DNA from: Tubulanus polymorphus | Taxonomy: Eukaryota > Animalia > Nemertea | Direction: 5' to 3' | NCBI RefSeq assembly: GCF_964204645.1 | Contig: NC_134026.1 | Location: forward strand, 11,059,950-11,123,949 | Length of the DNA: 64,000 bases | Part shown: piece by piece, positions 13,942 through 29,101 of the stretch | Layout of the letters: the number at the start of each line of letters is the position of its first letter | Position numbering within the stretch: the first letter of the stretch is position 1 | Program-made: the position numbers and the translations under genes | Notes under the pieces: model-generated | What the model was told of the DNA's origin: nothing | The model's input: only the letters and a program-made list of their open reading frames with translations | The model's database searches: none

Positions 13942-14927
13942 TTACATGTTCACACACCAAAAACATACAATTCACTACAACAATAACATAATTCTCAAAA
14001 CTCTCGAACAGTGGAAGTATTCTTTTCATTATTTGAAGTAAACATCTTTCAATTAATAGAGAAATGACTACAAATTGTTTAAAATTTACATATGAAGCTT
14101 GAATGATATGCAGTATTCTGTGAAGCCAGTTTTAATATGCTATGATGCTGTTTCATGTTATTGATACACCTCAAACAAGTTCACGATTTTATCACATGTA
14201 TATACACACTTAGATAAACGAAGTAATGATCTTGACACAGACCTTAGAGTAACCAGACTGATTACTCCGGGCACGTATATATTTGATTTGCATCGTCCAT
14301 GTAATCAATGTTGTTCAGAATTACAAAATTTTTACATTACAAGTATTAACGTCATTTAATAGCATATACGCCCAAAGATTTACAGTGCGTGTAGCCAATA
14401 ATTGGATTTATTACCAACACGCAAAAATGGCGTTTTTACCTCCTCACGTAATTCATGTGTATCGTTTCAAAAATTTAACACGCGGTCTTGTCGAATCTTG
14501 AAAATCCTAACATCCTATACGTATCATATTGATTTATTGAAAATGCATACGAGATTCAAGGTACCCCGATGGACGACCCGACGTTTGGTCCTGACCCACA
14601 TCAGTCGTTATGTTTTTTCTTCCCCCATCATGCCTAATGTCCCCTGTAAAGAGTTCAACCTTCTGACGCACTGTGCTGCGGTCCTCACTGTTGGGTAGGT
14701 TCGTTACCAGACGTCATCGCTGAATACAACTACTGATTGGGACTGTGTGATCAAATGACGTATAAGTAACGTTTGTGACTGTGTACGCAACATTCGCGTC
14801 GCATCGGTCCATCGGCGCGCAGGATTATCAGCCAACCAGCGGCGGCACTGTGGTTGCTGATCGGTCTATCACAGCTACCATCACTTCTTCACTTGCGCGG
14901 GTACAATCTAGTACGCAACAAGTGGTC

Positions 14928-17900
14928 ATGAACTTAGAAGCAGAAGCTGTACGTACAATGGATATACACGACAGGGATTCCGAAAATATCAAAATTTACG
15001 ACATGACGACAGAAAAGGTAGATCTTCTATCACGGTGCAAGAATCCAGGCAAATTAGAAACAGTATCTACGCGGTATTATACTCACGAAATGAACGAAAT
15101 ATCACCAAGTGATAATACGACGACCGTGAAAACACCGAAAACCAACAGCGGTGGCGTCAAAAACATATACGTTCTAGGATGTGCATTTATGATGGTCAAT
15201 ACAGCCTTTATTTCGTTGCAAAGTCTACAGAGCACGTGGAATGCCCAGAACGGTCGAGGGGTGACATCTCTAAGTTGTGTTTACGGTGGAACTGTTTTGT
15301 CGTGTATAATTGCGCCACTTGTGATAAAACACGTGGGAACGAAATGGTCCATTGTGTCAGGTTTCGGAGTTTTTGCAGTTTACGTTGCCGTACATTTTTA
15401 TCCCAAACATATGATACTCATACCAGCATCTGTCGTATTGGGGATATTTCTTGGGCCAGTTTGGATCGGACAGGCCACCTATCTGGCGACCACGGCCTTT
15501 GTGCACGCCATGGATTTGAAAAAGTCTTATGCCAACACGTTGACCCGGTTCAATGGGATATTCTGGTGCGTATTTCAACTTTCTCACATTTGGGGAAACT
15601 TTCTCTCAGTGGTCATGCTGCAAAACGAGGAAACTTTATCGATGAATATGAGGAATAACTTAACGATGCGGCCTTATCTGTGTGGTGTCGACGACTGTGG
15701 ACGCCACGAATCGGACATAGATATAGCAATTTTACCCGACAATTCGGTAAATATGCTTTTGAGTGTTTATCTCGGTTGTGCTATGATGGGGATGTTAATA
15801 ACGATGGCTTTACTGGAAACAGCCGAATCCACTACAGAATACAGCTGGCAATCATCAAAAGCGTCCAGCCTTAGCATGATGTGTGCGACGTTGAGAATAC
15901 TGATCGACCCCCGGGTTCATCTGCTCATGCCGCTAGTCACATTTACTGGATTAGCTCAAGGTTTCATCTTCAGTGACTTCACTAAGGTAAATATCAATAT
16001 CACAATTTATGCGTGTGCAACAGCAAGATATTCCTCGTCTGATCCCGACAGTCACTAATTACCACATCGCTACGTGATTCGTCAACAAAAGACGATTCAG
16101 TAACTCGCCAGCACCATGCCATCTAATATCATCGTCCAGGAATTAATGACATTTTCCGAGTCATTAACTGTAAAGATGGACTGTTGCCCCGCGTCTATGG
16201 GTCACGTCTACCAACGAATTCAACGATGAGGATAATCCTTGCTTGGAAAATAATGCATTATGTTTCATTCTAATGGAGATCGTATACTTATAGTTTGCAT
16301 AGATTCATCAATCTGGTATACGTTAAAACTTGTGTTCTGGTGAGAGCTGATCAACGGGCTTAGAGTACAAACCCAAGATCCTGTAAGATCAAATTCGTAA
16401 TTTTAATCTAGTATTTTCATTATCACCGAGGAGGTCGTTACAAACAAAATACAAAGACTGAAGATAACTGTGATCCGTTTTTTCATACCAAAAAAGTCAT
16501 AAGATTTAAAGGTTCTATCTGAGTGCAAAATTTCAGATCACAAAGAAGCATTCCGAATTAAGGATATCTGGATCTTTCGGCTTCACTGAACTCGGGACCG
16601 ATTTCCTTTTCTAACTTAAGAAAACTGCCATGGAACGCTTAGTTTTAGATCATATAAGAGATACGGGCATAGTTCTGGAAATGAGAGAATGTGAACAAAT
16701 CTAAAGGGGTTGTTTAGTGCCGAGTTGATTTGAAATTAGAGAGCCTTAATGAGCTAAAACTTCAGTATTGAAGGAGCACACCTTTTCTTTGAGAAATAAT
16801 GATACAGGGAACCAGGGTGTGACCGATGCCGTTTTGCTCGCAAACAGACTATGAAATGCGTTGTCACATTGGTGGAGCGATTATCACCTTCAAGTTAGTT
16901 GATGCTGCGCAATAATGAATGCAATTAGATACTAGTTGGGGCAATGTTTGTCCCGTGGGCAGTGTTCAATCTGTTTATTTTACAAAAGTATTTTACAACA
17001 ATAAGACTCGTTGTGGCAACGTTCTTTACCAACACGTTTTGCGACGTATGGAAATTTGCCTCCAATAATCAAGTTTATTTTTATTCCTGTTACTAAATAT
17101 GGCTGACATGATGTAACCCCTGGCGTTCGATAATTACTTTCAGCGCATGCGACCAACCGAACTGAAATGCGCCTGAAGCTTCAATTCAATATCAGCACCA
17201 GCGCAGCTCTTCATTGAACGCACATTTCCTATTTTCAAGTTTAATGATTAGTAGATTAAGAAAATAGATAATACCAATTATACGGAAATAGACTAATTTT
17301 TTGCACCTTTATCGATTACCCATGACTAGGCCAGGACATGGTCATTCTACATGATAGGACCGGTATCAAACGGTTTGATGAAATATAATACAAATATACG
17401 TAGATCTTAGCCATGGCCATGTGAACTGGCTCTTGTTCGACAGCGATTAAACAGGATGTATGATTTTAGTACCAGTATGAAATGGTTCTTCCAACATAGA
17501 CTATATATCCAACACGTGGTTGCTTTACTGTTTGGACTTGCATTCGAGTCGCAGCATCTTCCACCAATCGTCTGTTTTATCTCTTCATTTTGTGAGGCTG
17601 GTTGTTTGCTCAGAACTGATAAGGAAAAACTATTCAAATACCTAGCCAGGAACTCGTAACTGAGTGTAGCTGCAGTGCTGGCGGCTTGTGGTCACACATC
17701 GACGAACATTATCTGGGTTTACATTCGTCTGCGTGGTGTGGAGTGACTTTTTTCGTATAGTGAAATTAAATTCAATGCAAAATCACCTAAATCATTCATA
17801 CGTTACATATACATAAATACTGTATATGAATTTAAGACGTATTATTTTACCATTTTTCATTAGTATAGATAGCTAGGAAGTACTGCACGACGGCCGTATT

Positions 17901-20900
17901 CTAATATCAGTAAGGCCGTATAGCGCGTCTTCCATGTCGGAAATGTCTTGTTTTTTTTTTCTTTTTGAATTCTTACTTTTGAGAATCGATATGGATGATA
18001 TATGCGGCAATTAGTGTTATCGTGATACTAAATTAAACATCACGTGATAAATTATAGAATTTCCGGCTTCGTTTTTTCACTGTTGGAAACACTGAGCGAG
18101 TTTTGAAAGGGACATGCAGGGAATAGGGTGAGATGAGATTAGACTGCGTGAGCCAAAGTGTATTAGGGAAATTTAGATGGGCGGGTTGAAAGGCAGTGTT
18201 CTCATTCAGGGACTGCAAGAGAAACTGAGCAGTTGGATTGAAATAGAGAGAAAATGAATACGACGAAGGATGCAGATAATCGAGGAGTTAGTGAGAGATT
18301 ACGATAACGATAACGATTTTAGTTTGCGATCAATCATTTTTTGAAAGCAGAATTCCAAAGACACACATACATATCTGAGTTTCTCGTATTATGTGTATAT
18401 ATCACAGTGAAGTTATCCGTCAGGGCAAGAAAATTTCACAATTAAGCCTCCTTAAATCGATACAGTTCATGAGAACTGCGGATGACGTTTGCGCATTAGG
18501 GTCGTAATCATGGGTATGAGTGATGAGATACGTGAGTCGAATGAAAAACAATCGTGTTCCGCCACACAGCAACTGAAGCAACCGAAACCGTGCTTCAACT
18601 CTGCACGTCACGGCTCAGCTTATTCAACTCGATTCGATGAAAGTGAAAGTTAAAGTTAACTCTTCAACGAAACTTAAGTCAGTTTCCTTTCTACTAATGC
18701 AGCCGCTTGGGACTGATGCTAAGGGCAGTCTATACATTCCCTGTGTGTCGTTTTCTCAACATTTACTCGATATCCAAGACCCCAACCACGGGACCGATCG
18801 GAACACCTAATGCATCCGATCCCTCACTACGCCGCATCGGCTATCACACCGAATCGGTCAGAACCTATGGCAGTCTTTAGACTACGGGATATAAATGTAC
18901 AGTTGACGCTAAACGCCGATTTCGATCGGAGCGGTCACAACCCCGCAACACACACGGACCCTGTACAGACAGGACAGAAAGTACTTGTAAACAAGGAAAG
19001 CCTGTCCCACCTTAACGCATAATCCTTGGTGCTATCTCTCCCACCTTCAAGGTGAGGTGGCTATAGTAATGATATCTCTGATATTTCTACATATATATTA
19101 CAAGACAATTTATGATGTTTTAAAACGTAAAAAACGCTGAATTTAGGCCGCCCGCGGCCTCAGAATCGTCCGTAGCATACATATGATACGCACATGATGC
19201 CAATTCTCAAGAGTCCTCTCAAATCAATCAGAATCACTAAAAAAACTAAGAGAATGCTAAACAATTTTCTTTATTGATTCTCGACAAAAATACGACGTCT
19301 GACTGAACGTCCACGCGTAAAACGATACATATATACATACATATATATAGATATTGACATATGTTTATTCAACATATCTTTTTAATACTTCGTGTTTACT
19401 GTTACGCTCGTGTGAACCCGACTGTGTTGCCCAGCCTCTAACGGCCCTGCGGGCCGAATTTTCTTATAATCAATGCTCCAAGGCAAAACCCAACCATTGC
19501 CTTAAGCGCTTTCTGGAATGACTGAAGAGGCCCAATTTCCTACATTTCGAGATCTAGCTACTGGCTTCCCTACTCAGATACCGGCGCTTATTGGTAATTT
19601 GACTGTGTCGAGATATCAATGATGTTTGCAAAATCTCTGTAAGTACCTTTAGCTGCTAAGCAACGGCAGGAAATTGAAATATGTGAAAAGACCCTACTAT
19701 TCCATTATTCACATCGGATTAAGTTTTAGAATTCATTTCTGAGCTCTCATCATATTCATCATTAATATCCAATCGATGCTCGTCAACATAAAATCCTATC
19801 AAATTACAGTATATCTTGTCATTCATTCCAGGTAATCATTCATACCTTTTCGGTGATCCTCCGATTTTCAGGTCGTTTATCAGAGAATTTTTTTTCATTC
19901 TTTTCTCATTCATTTTTTTGTTCATTTTCTTTTCATTACTGAAAATGAACCACACTTTTGATCCAACAGTAAGTATAGCTGTGAATCTCAAAAGGCAGGC
20001 TGACCATCGGTTGGACTTCAAAAACTATAGAACGACTTGTCAATGTTAGAAGCATCCACGAAAAATTGAGAAGGATGACGCAAGAAGGATGATAGATGCA
20101 CGTTAACTGAAAACTATTATGGAATATTATCAATGAGGTGTCGTCTGAGGAACTTAGCACTCGTATCGTATTTTTATGAAAGAATGGTTTTCATCGCGAA
20201 CTAGTTACATTGTCATAACCGATCCACATGTCAAAGTCATTAAACTAAGCCAACTAGAAGTTGCATGAAGGATAATCTATATCTTAGATGAGTGAGTATC
20301 CCAAATCCTAAGGTTACGAACATGCGCCTAATGCTATTACATTTGTGGCAATAAACCTCGGCGGTTTTACAGACAGTTAAGTGATTGAAGCGGGAACGAC
20401 TCCACTGATGATGAAATGAAAACTGGCAGCTACTTGAGATCCGGTGAAGTCTTCACAACCATAGCGGGTTACTTACCAGCCACTTAATAGCTATATATAA
20501 GTGGAGCAATAAAACAAACCAAACGGAAAGTGCTCCGATATTGCATTGGTAGCCTGTTTGGCTGCTTATTGGGAAGATTGTAATCTCTTGCCGATTCGGT
20601 TATGCATGTAATAATTCATAACCTCAATGAATAATATCTCGTGAAAGCTTCACTTAGCCCCTTCGGTCAAGTATTTCAACGAAACGACAACGAATGTCCC
20701 GGAAATATACTGAAGACAGCATTGACGCTTCAGCGTCGTTAACTGTATTTTTGAATCTGCGTTCGAAATGGTGTATAAGCAAATTGCCGTTCGTCGAATT
20801 TGCTGCTCTTTAGTTATGGAGATTTCTGCGTGAACTCTCAAGAGCAACAAGATATTTATTCTGGCTAATGACGCTCCTGCGTCATTGGAGCTTCCATGAT

Positions 20901-23900
20901 TGTACAACTGTTACAAGATGTTACAACCATTAATTGTCAGAATACTTGATTTCAGTTGATTTCAGTTTACGGTTGATTTCATGATTTCTCTGCGAGGCAG
21001 TTTCTTAATTAACTTGAAATAATGTCTTTTTACATTAGCATCCGACATTCAATGTTATCGTGATGACTTTTTCTGACATATTTCTTTCACCCTCTAATTG
21101 GTGGAGGATATCTACAATTGATAGGTATAGTGTTATATAATTACGCAAAATTCAATGACGGACCATTTGAGAGTGAGACGGCATAGCTGCGGTCAACGGT
21201 CGATAGACTGTACCCCAGTAACGTTGCATTAAATACCGATGATGACCGTCATAAACGATTATGATATGACAGTTCAACAAATCACTGCCAAGTAAATACA
21301 GTAATATAAACGCTAGCCACAAGGAATCACATAGTAACAAAACATTAATCAAATTTGACAAAAATTAGTTTCGCAACGCCAACAGTCTTCGTCGTTACCT
21401 GTTAGTAAATAGCGTGTACATATTGATAAACGATTTCACCATAGCGAAATATTGGACGCAGCTACTACTAACTGAGATTGCATTGCTAATTGTGTCTTGT
21501 GTACAATATATGACTTTCTAAAGTACTGAATAGCCCAGATCATTCTTTGGTTCCATCAATTTAAAAGCTCACTTTCCACTTCTCGCACCCATCATGTATT
21601 TCTTGCACACATTAATTTTTTCCTATGGCACCATATTTGATTAAAGACGATTTTCTTTTTTCGGTGTTCTTTTCAGTCGTATGTTAATTGTGAAATCGGT
21701 GTACACAACATCGGTTTCGTATTGATGACGTATGGGGCTGTAACTGCAATGAGCGCTTTCGTCATTGGCCACATGACGAAACACATCCGCCGATACGCGA
21801 TGATGATCGCAGGTACGCTATTCAACTATGGACTACTGCTGACCTTGAGAATTTGGAATCCTGACGGTGAAGATATACTCATGTTCTACGTAATATCCGG
21901 TTGTTTCGGTTTATGCGATGCTATATGGTGGACTCAAAGCAATAGTAAGTAGACACTTCGACACTTCTTGGTTCTTTTTACCTTCTAAATCTCTAAATAG
22001 CTTGGGTGGGTTATCAAACCCTTTGATCGATAAGGCAAACAGCAATTCGTAACACAGACATTGTCCAAAATTGCAATCATCCTTACGTCCCGCAATAGTG
22101 ATTGATTGTTGCGCTTGAGCCGATGTAGATAATGACATTAATTTCGTTGTCGCTAAATGAATTCCGTTACTTTTTCTGCCCCAATGGACCCTGTCTTAGT
22201 CCTTCATAGCGATGTCCATTACCAGACTAAACGATACTTGACGCGCCGTCATGATCATATTATCTACTCAGCCGTCGAACCTATTCCCGGTAGGGCGCAT
22301 AACACTTCCATACACGCACGCATGCATATATATAGTAGTGTTGAAACCGATTTTTGAAGTATTGACGAATTGAGTAAACAACCAGCTTTACGGCCTTGGC
22401 GGTACATGATTTATGGAATATAGCACATGTCTCATACTTCAGCGCAATGAACTCGCGGTCTGCATGATCAATCATTTGGAGACACTGACCAAAAATTGCA
22501 TGTGTTATCATTACACCTTTTATTACTCCATACGTCATTAATCCAATACCCAAATTCTGAAGAGCTCTGGGTTTTTACCAAAATGTTTCGAAAGCAAAGA
22601 CAACTTCTGGTTCTAGTTCCTATAAATTCCTCTGAGATTGTTTGGCACAATCTTCGGTCATTAAAAATGATATGCAAAATTCCTGGTGAAAAATTCGTAG
22701 CCTGTATATAAATTGTAATGCGACACTTTTGACAAACAATTACCACATGTGGTCTAATGACATAGGCCTATATCATTTTCCCGAGACGAGAATTTGTTTC
22801 TTTTAGTGTATCTTACAAACCTGTCGCACGGGGACGAAGCAAGCGGGGCTTAGATATCGGAATCGGAGTAAAACATATAGGAATTCGAATTGGCAGAATT
22901 ATTTTTAAATCGAACCATGTGAATTCGCATCGAGTAAAACAAAATTCAATCAGCCTGTCTCTTAATGCAGAAATTAAGTAATTATTCGAACACAAGGGTA
23001 AAACTATCTATTTCCTATCTCTTAGTTTCGATGCAACGTATTATTTTTCATCTCATCGATTGTGAAGGAAGCCAGCTGCAAAACGACACCAATTTTCAGC
23101 AGAGAAGAATTTATAGCCTTTATTCGCCGTGCTTGACATCGGTCGGAGACTAACACAGTAAAGCAGCGAAACAAGTCATAAACAACGATGAAAAGAGACC
23201 ATAAATTCCAGTGGAAGCAATTTTCTGATTATTGTACAATGCGTCATTTTCGCGTTAAATGTTGATATTGGAACATTGATCGAGATATCATATTTACGTA
23301 TGGGAACCGATATAGAAGAAAGAAACATTTCCGATCCCTACTTCAAATTATTTGGCATGAATCGAATGTCTAGATAAATGTTTTTTCCTGGGTTCATTGA
23401 AAATCAAGACTTTATTCGTTCCCTTTTAGGCTCTATATAGTTTGTTCGTGCGGTCTTCGTAGTAATCCGATATAAGCTTTTGATAAAGTAGATTGGATGA
23501 TGATTTTCTAACTTAAAGCTTTTCAAGGAGACACAATCTATCAAATTGATTCCATTTTTAAGCGTTTTGTAAAGAAGATTTCCCATATCTGCGTTGTTAT
23601 GTGTGGAGGGGTTGGTGCTTTTTAACCGGTTGATTGTAAACACTCTAAATCCACATTCACTCTCTAGTATATCAGGGAAATGTAATGACACTTACATAAC
23701 ACTTCCCTGAGTATATGTAGCGAACACCAACCAATACAGAGACCTGGTCGGTGTCGGTTTATGTAAATCTAGACAGATATTGCCTGATTGCGGATTAAAC
23801 CAACATTATCGCACTCAAACAGCTCATCGACTGTGTTAATGTATATACAGTACTACTGCAGTCAACTTTTGATGGTAAATCAAAATATTGATAGTCTATA

Positions 23901-24312
23901 GTCCCGAAGAAATAGCATGGGTTTTCTGAGCTGAATGAGACGAACACCTATCCACCAATCCATAAAATTAAAATGGACACCGCTATTGTATCCAAAGAAT
24001 AATACGAAGTAGGTGATGCAACGTATGTAATGTTTGTTCGCCATATTTATATTTGCAGCCCTGTTTGCGATTATGTTCCCGGACCGACAGGAAGCGGCTT
24101 TCGCGGCCTACAGGATATTCCAATCTCTCGGATTCGCGGCATCATTCGGATACAGTTATTGGTTATGCGTCGGTACAAAACTCTACATTCTCGGAGCCGT
24201 TCTCATGGTATCCCTAGTGCTATACAGCGTAGTTGAATTGCGTCTTAGAAGATCATCTTGTCACTTTCATCACGATAATGAGAATAGCAAAATCCCGGAA
24301 GTATCGCTGTAG
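14928..24312 (+). CDS. UNC93A: UNC-93-like protein A (MFS/UNC-93 family), 3 coding exons, about 526 aa
   Basis: Exons 14928-15986 (first in-frame ATG; frame open from 14775), 21677-21944 and 24059-24312, GT-AG, phases 0 and 1 consistent. UNC-93 motifs: KNIYVLGCAFMMVNTAFISLQSLQST, GPVWIGQATYL, RFNGIFW...SHIWGN, QGFIFSDFTK|SYVNCEIGVHNIGFV, DAIWWTQ, QEAAFAAYRIFQSLGF. The start codon is uncertain. Confidence 0.9.
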
Positions 24313-25273
24313 ATTTAAGCCAAGCGCGCTCAGCAAGACGTAAACACGAAACAGAAACGTTTGTTTGTCCGGCTTGCGTGACTGCGCGTTGCTCCATAAC
24401 ACGAAACACGTTAACCGCAACACAATTTTCGCTGGGAGATCCACGTCATGGAAAGACATTAACACACTATCTGTTGCGTATTTCGGGTTTATATTTTATA
24501 CATATAATCGACTGGTCTCAGAAGTTGCCACAGACTCCGTGTCCTTGCTTATACCGATCTAACCGATGGAACTTGTCGCGCGGGATACGCTTTGAATTTT
24601 GAGTTGGCATATGACTTTTAACGGAAAGTGATCTTGATAAGCGCTTATATAGAAAATACAGATTGACATGGATATAACAATTCGAATCGAAATAAATTGT
24701 TAAATATCATTACGATCTATACTATATATCATGTATACCTACTTTAAACATATCCCGTTGTAATGATATCCGTACGTATAATACGTTCGGGCCGTACCTT
24801 ATATAGCATTTTTTTCGCGGGGTATGGCCTGAGAATCTCGGAAAATGGCAGTTCCATTGGATATAACAATTATGTTCGCAAAAAGACCACTTTTCCAAAA
24901 TCTCTGGAGGCTACTGCCCCCTGCTCCCCGAGGTACGGCCCCGTATGTGTATATAATAAACACATACACTGCAATACTGAAATACGTATACTGGTATTCT
25001 TAAAAACCGGTACATCATATTATGATGCACAGCATTTAAGAATACAGTATATACGTTATGCAGTATACGTTACTCACCGAAGGTCGAATCAATTACAAAT
25101 TTTTTGGAAACTAATTTACTAATTTACTTGCCTGGAAAGGTGGAAACGATAGTGCGGAAGCATCCTGGGCATCGGATAAAAAGAAATAATGCGTATTGAA
25201 TTTTAATCGGAAAATCATGAAATCATTTTGATCTAAAATGATTTAAATCGCAAAACATTTCTCATTCTTTTTT

Positions 25274-25497
25274 ATCTTAAGATAAGGATTGACCCTGTTA
25301 TTTATTTGATTGGTAGACTTCGTTATTTGGCATCCCTTACAAACGCACCAAACCTGCCGGGCGCGAAATAGGGCGTTTGATTTTGGAATCGGAATATGAA
25401 GTACATGTACAGGTATAGTTGTTTGATCGGCGGTCGAGTTTACAGAATTTACTCTTTTTGTTTAAATCGAAGTACATAATCGGGGAATTCGGTCCTG
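25274..25497 (+). repeat. Interspersed repeat family C, copy 1 (partial)
   Basis: Shares CCCTGTTATTTATTTG, CCTGCCGGG, GATCGGCGGTCGAGTTTACA and TTTAAATCGAAGTACAT with 27762-28140 and 56731-57125. Confidence 0.75.
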
Positions 25498-26610
25498 GGG
25501 CCATCTTAACAAAACGTCCCGCATAGATAAAATGGCCATGGCCGCAAATGTGCCTATGATTAGATTGAAAGGATTTTCTGACGAGACACAACTCGTCGGG
25601 AAAGGGAACAACATTTTGATTGCCTTATTGGTTTTTTGACACATTATCTCATCAAGAAGAGATATTAACATTTTGAAAATTTATGACACGGATATTCATC
25701 TCTCAACCTCATGCCCCAGGGCGCTTCCGTATAATAGCTTTCTGTATATAGATGAAAATATCGAGCTAAATACGTATTCGAAATCTCGTCTACGCTATCA
25801 TACCTACACGCAAATTACCATCGTACTGCATATAAAAAGAGTTATCATGTCTAGACCTATGTTACGTCACATTTTTATGCCTTGCATGTTGACCACCTGT
25901 GCAGTACCTAGGTTATGCGCAGTGGCCGATTGATTTTAAGCGATGAGTATGGTTTCAAATTTTGATGGCAGCCAATTGTGTTTGAACCTTATGGCCTACG
26001 CACCCACAAATTGTCCCATAAGTGGATTGACGCTCAACGAGAGATTATCTCAAATGCCACTCGACAAATGTAGGTACTGCAGCGATTGTATCATGCAAAC
26101 AAATGCTTAGTGTAGACGAGGTGTGGAATATGGTTCATGGTACTTAATTCTTTTAAGTATTTATGTTTGCTTTTAAGAAACTAATGGGGCTGATTCGGGC
26201 CACGCTGATTTTTTTCGAAAATGCAAAATGTGAAAACAAATGAAATAGCGAGAAAAAAGTTTCACTGCGGGAAAACAAATTATTCTGTTTTCTTGAGTGA
26301 GAAAACAAACTTTTAAACTTTTATTTTGGCGGAGTTAAACAGCTAATAACGCGAGAAAGCAAAATTGTTGTTTTTCTCGCCCGAAATATGCCCGAAACGT
26401 GCTTTCTCACAATGGAATATGTCTTCTTCGCATTGGCATGTTTTTGGTGGGTTCAGGAAGAGTGCACGTCGTTGCGATGTAAGGTTAGTTTAGTTCAACA
26501 TCAAGTGAATAAACCATCGTTCTTATATCTAATTTATTTACACGTTATTTACATGTTTCCATGCGAACAAATTTGAAACCAATTGTTTGAAGTTGGTTTC
26601 AGTTCACCAG

Positions 26611-26718
26611 GACCCAGTTCCACAGTTGTGAGTTAGAGTTAACTCTGAGTTAAAGTTAGTTCATTTTCGATGAGTTAACTCGGAGTTAAATCTTAACTCG
26701 GAACTGTGGAACTGGACC
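26611..26718 (+). mobile_element. 108-bp MITE (PIF/Harbinger-like)
   Basis: TIRs GACCCAGTTCCACAGTT / AACTGTGGAACTGGACC with CAG on both sides (3-bp CWG-type TSD) and internal GAGTTAA repeats. Second copy at 5105-5212. Confidence 0.8.
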
Positions 26719-26918
26719 CAGTGGATAATTGACACAGTGACAATTGAAATTTCATTATGACTATGGTATCTATCCACCAGTTATCTTTAACCAACTTTTG
26801 AACTACTGGCCCTAGCCATTTTTGAATTTTGTTTCAATATTTTTCTTGTGCCAAGACACATTTGAGTAAGTATTCAAACGATTAAGTGAAGTGCACTTAA
26901 TAATGCATTTATATTCAC

Positions 26919-26922
26919 ACAC

Positions 26923-26965
<43 letters not shown>
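26919..26965. repeat. (ACATAC)n microsatellite
   Basis: Direct reading. Confidence 0.9.
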
Positions 26966-27761
26966 TTTCTCGCTATGGGATTCATTTTTCGCAACAACTT
27001 TTTACAGTTTTTGTACTCGAACAATATCGGCGCGGCCCGAATGAGCTACCATTCATAGCTTACCAATCAATTACAGTATTATGACCATAATGTTCATTTA
27101 TATACTTGCAGTTAAAATGCAGAAGAGTCATCGTTTTTTTATTTGTGTCTGCAGTTATGCATTGTTTATCTTTAAATTGTGATATGTTCATTGTGCCATC
27201 GTTGTGAATGGGTTATTGCTCATTTGACGATATATTTACATGTTTTATATTTTTATATCGGCCTTCTGGTAAGGTGACGAGCTGGGGATCGCAACTTTAT
27301 GTTGGTGTTGTTGATTTTGTCTGAATACAAATAAATGTAAAACGGTTTGTCTACATCAGATATCAAAAATGCAACGTCTACTGTCTCTGTCTTATATCTT
27401 TTTTTAATTTTAATTCTAATTTCCCGGATCCATGCCCCACAATTAGAGCAACTCCAGTTTTCTATTCTAGTACTACTCCAGTTTTCCACATCCACCAGTA
27501 ACTTCGGTCATTGCATCGATCTGAGGTTAGCTACAACCGGAAGGAACTGATCGCAGGGTTTAGCCAATCGGCATTAAGCATCACAGTAACGAAAACGCCC
27601 GTTAGTAGGATTGATTACTTGATTTGGAAAAATATTCATCAGCTCTTAAAGGTAAAATCCATTTGTCCTTAGTACTATTTCTAGAATACAAGCTAATCAC
27701 CTTTGAGATAGCGTGGCCTTCTTTATTCGAAATTACTAGGCCATTATTTTTTGTCATATGA

Positions 27762-28140
27762 CCAGGATTTGTGTCGTAGTTTTTTTTTAAATCTTAAAAT
27801 AGGGATTGTCCCTGTTATTTATTTGGTTGGTAAATTTGTTTGATTTTTTGATTGAGTGTCCCTTACAGACCCACCACACCTGCCGGGAGCGAAACAGGGG
27901 TTTGATTTTGAAATCGGAAATCGTACAGATATAGTTGTGTGATTGGCGGTCGAGTTTACAAAAGTTATTTGTTTAAATCGAAGTACATGATTGGGAAATT
28001 CGGTTCCGGTTCATTCAAACAATCTTCCATTCAGTCTGAACCGGCAAGCGACTGATTGGGGTGAATTTTCTTGGCTGCCTAATTTAATACATCGACATTT
28101 TGGAAACAGCTATATTACAAAGATCATTTTGTCCATTTTT
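27762..28140 (+). repeat. Interspersed repeat family C, copy 2
   Basis: Alignable by eye with 56731-57125 over about 380 bp, including TGAACCGGCAAGCGACTGAT and CTAATTTAATACATCGA. Confidence 0.8.
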
Positions 28141-29101
28141 AATTTTTTTTTGTCGTTTTCTACGCGTAAATAGTCCGATAGTTTATCGTAGTTTTTTCTC
28201 GGGTAGATGTTGATGTAGAAGTCCTCTAAGTTGGTTGTCCCGCGTGATGACTAGATAGAAAGAAAGCACATTTCGAAACGCGAATTTTCCAGATGAGAGT
28301 ACGGTCCTGGGGTATCCAAAGTGTAGTTGTATGACATCGACGGTGCAGCTCCGATGAGGATGGGTTTCTCCGTCAAGGGGTGCGCACTTAATACTTCACA
28401 GCTGGTGCTAAGTTTGTCTAAAAGTAAAAGTTTCACACGGGGAGCAGTTTTGTGTTTCTAATATACAGTGCATAGTTAGATCCGTGGATGCGTCGCAATC
28501 AAACGGACAGTGCTATGCGCATTGATAAGACCGTCAGAAAGAAAGCGGCACAGGCACGTGATTATTAGATACATGTTTGTACACTTACGTATATTCAGTC
28601 TTGAACGGGTTTTATTTACATTGTCACGATTAGGTTTTTGGTAGTTTTTGATGAGACCGATGTCAAGAGGCAACCTTCCAGTCACCATTGCGCGCAGATA
28701 GACTGAGCTTGCTATCCTGAAGCCAAAAACTATACGTACCGGTAAATCAAAGATAATCTATTTCAAATGGAACTCATCAGGACCTCGAACATCACAATAC
28801 AATTATCAAGCCAAGGTCGTGAAACGATAAATCGCAAGTACAAATATGAAAGATTTGAGTTTGGATATGTAAGAATAGTGAGTTTGAACGCGGTAGGCCT
28901 TTCAGAAGAAATAATGTTGCTTCAATGTGAAAGGTTCCACTTAGTAGGCCAGGGTGGCTAGGCCTATAAGGTTGCCCGAGTTTCAAAACAAAAGAATGTC
29001 AGGTGATTTAATAGTTTGACGAGGTATTAATTCTTAAGAATGTATTTAAAACTACAAAGCGTTGGGCTATTTCAGCAATTGATTGGGAGTGTATTCCAGA
29101 G

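Noticed and set aside
13261-14041. Cluster of overlapping GC-rich ORFs
   Set aside because: They lie largely within the 457-bp MITE and show no transposase motifs.
17488-17512. Another possible P-type footprint (CTTCCAA|CATAGACTATA|TATCCAA)
   Set aside because: Only a 5/7 flank match and an 11-nt imperfect palindrome, which is within chance in AT-rich DNA.
28160-28407. Stop-codon readthrough or recoding at an in-frame TAG
   Set aside because: There is no evidence the segment is coding; pseudogene or chance is simpler.
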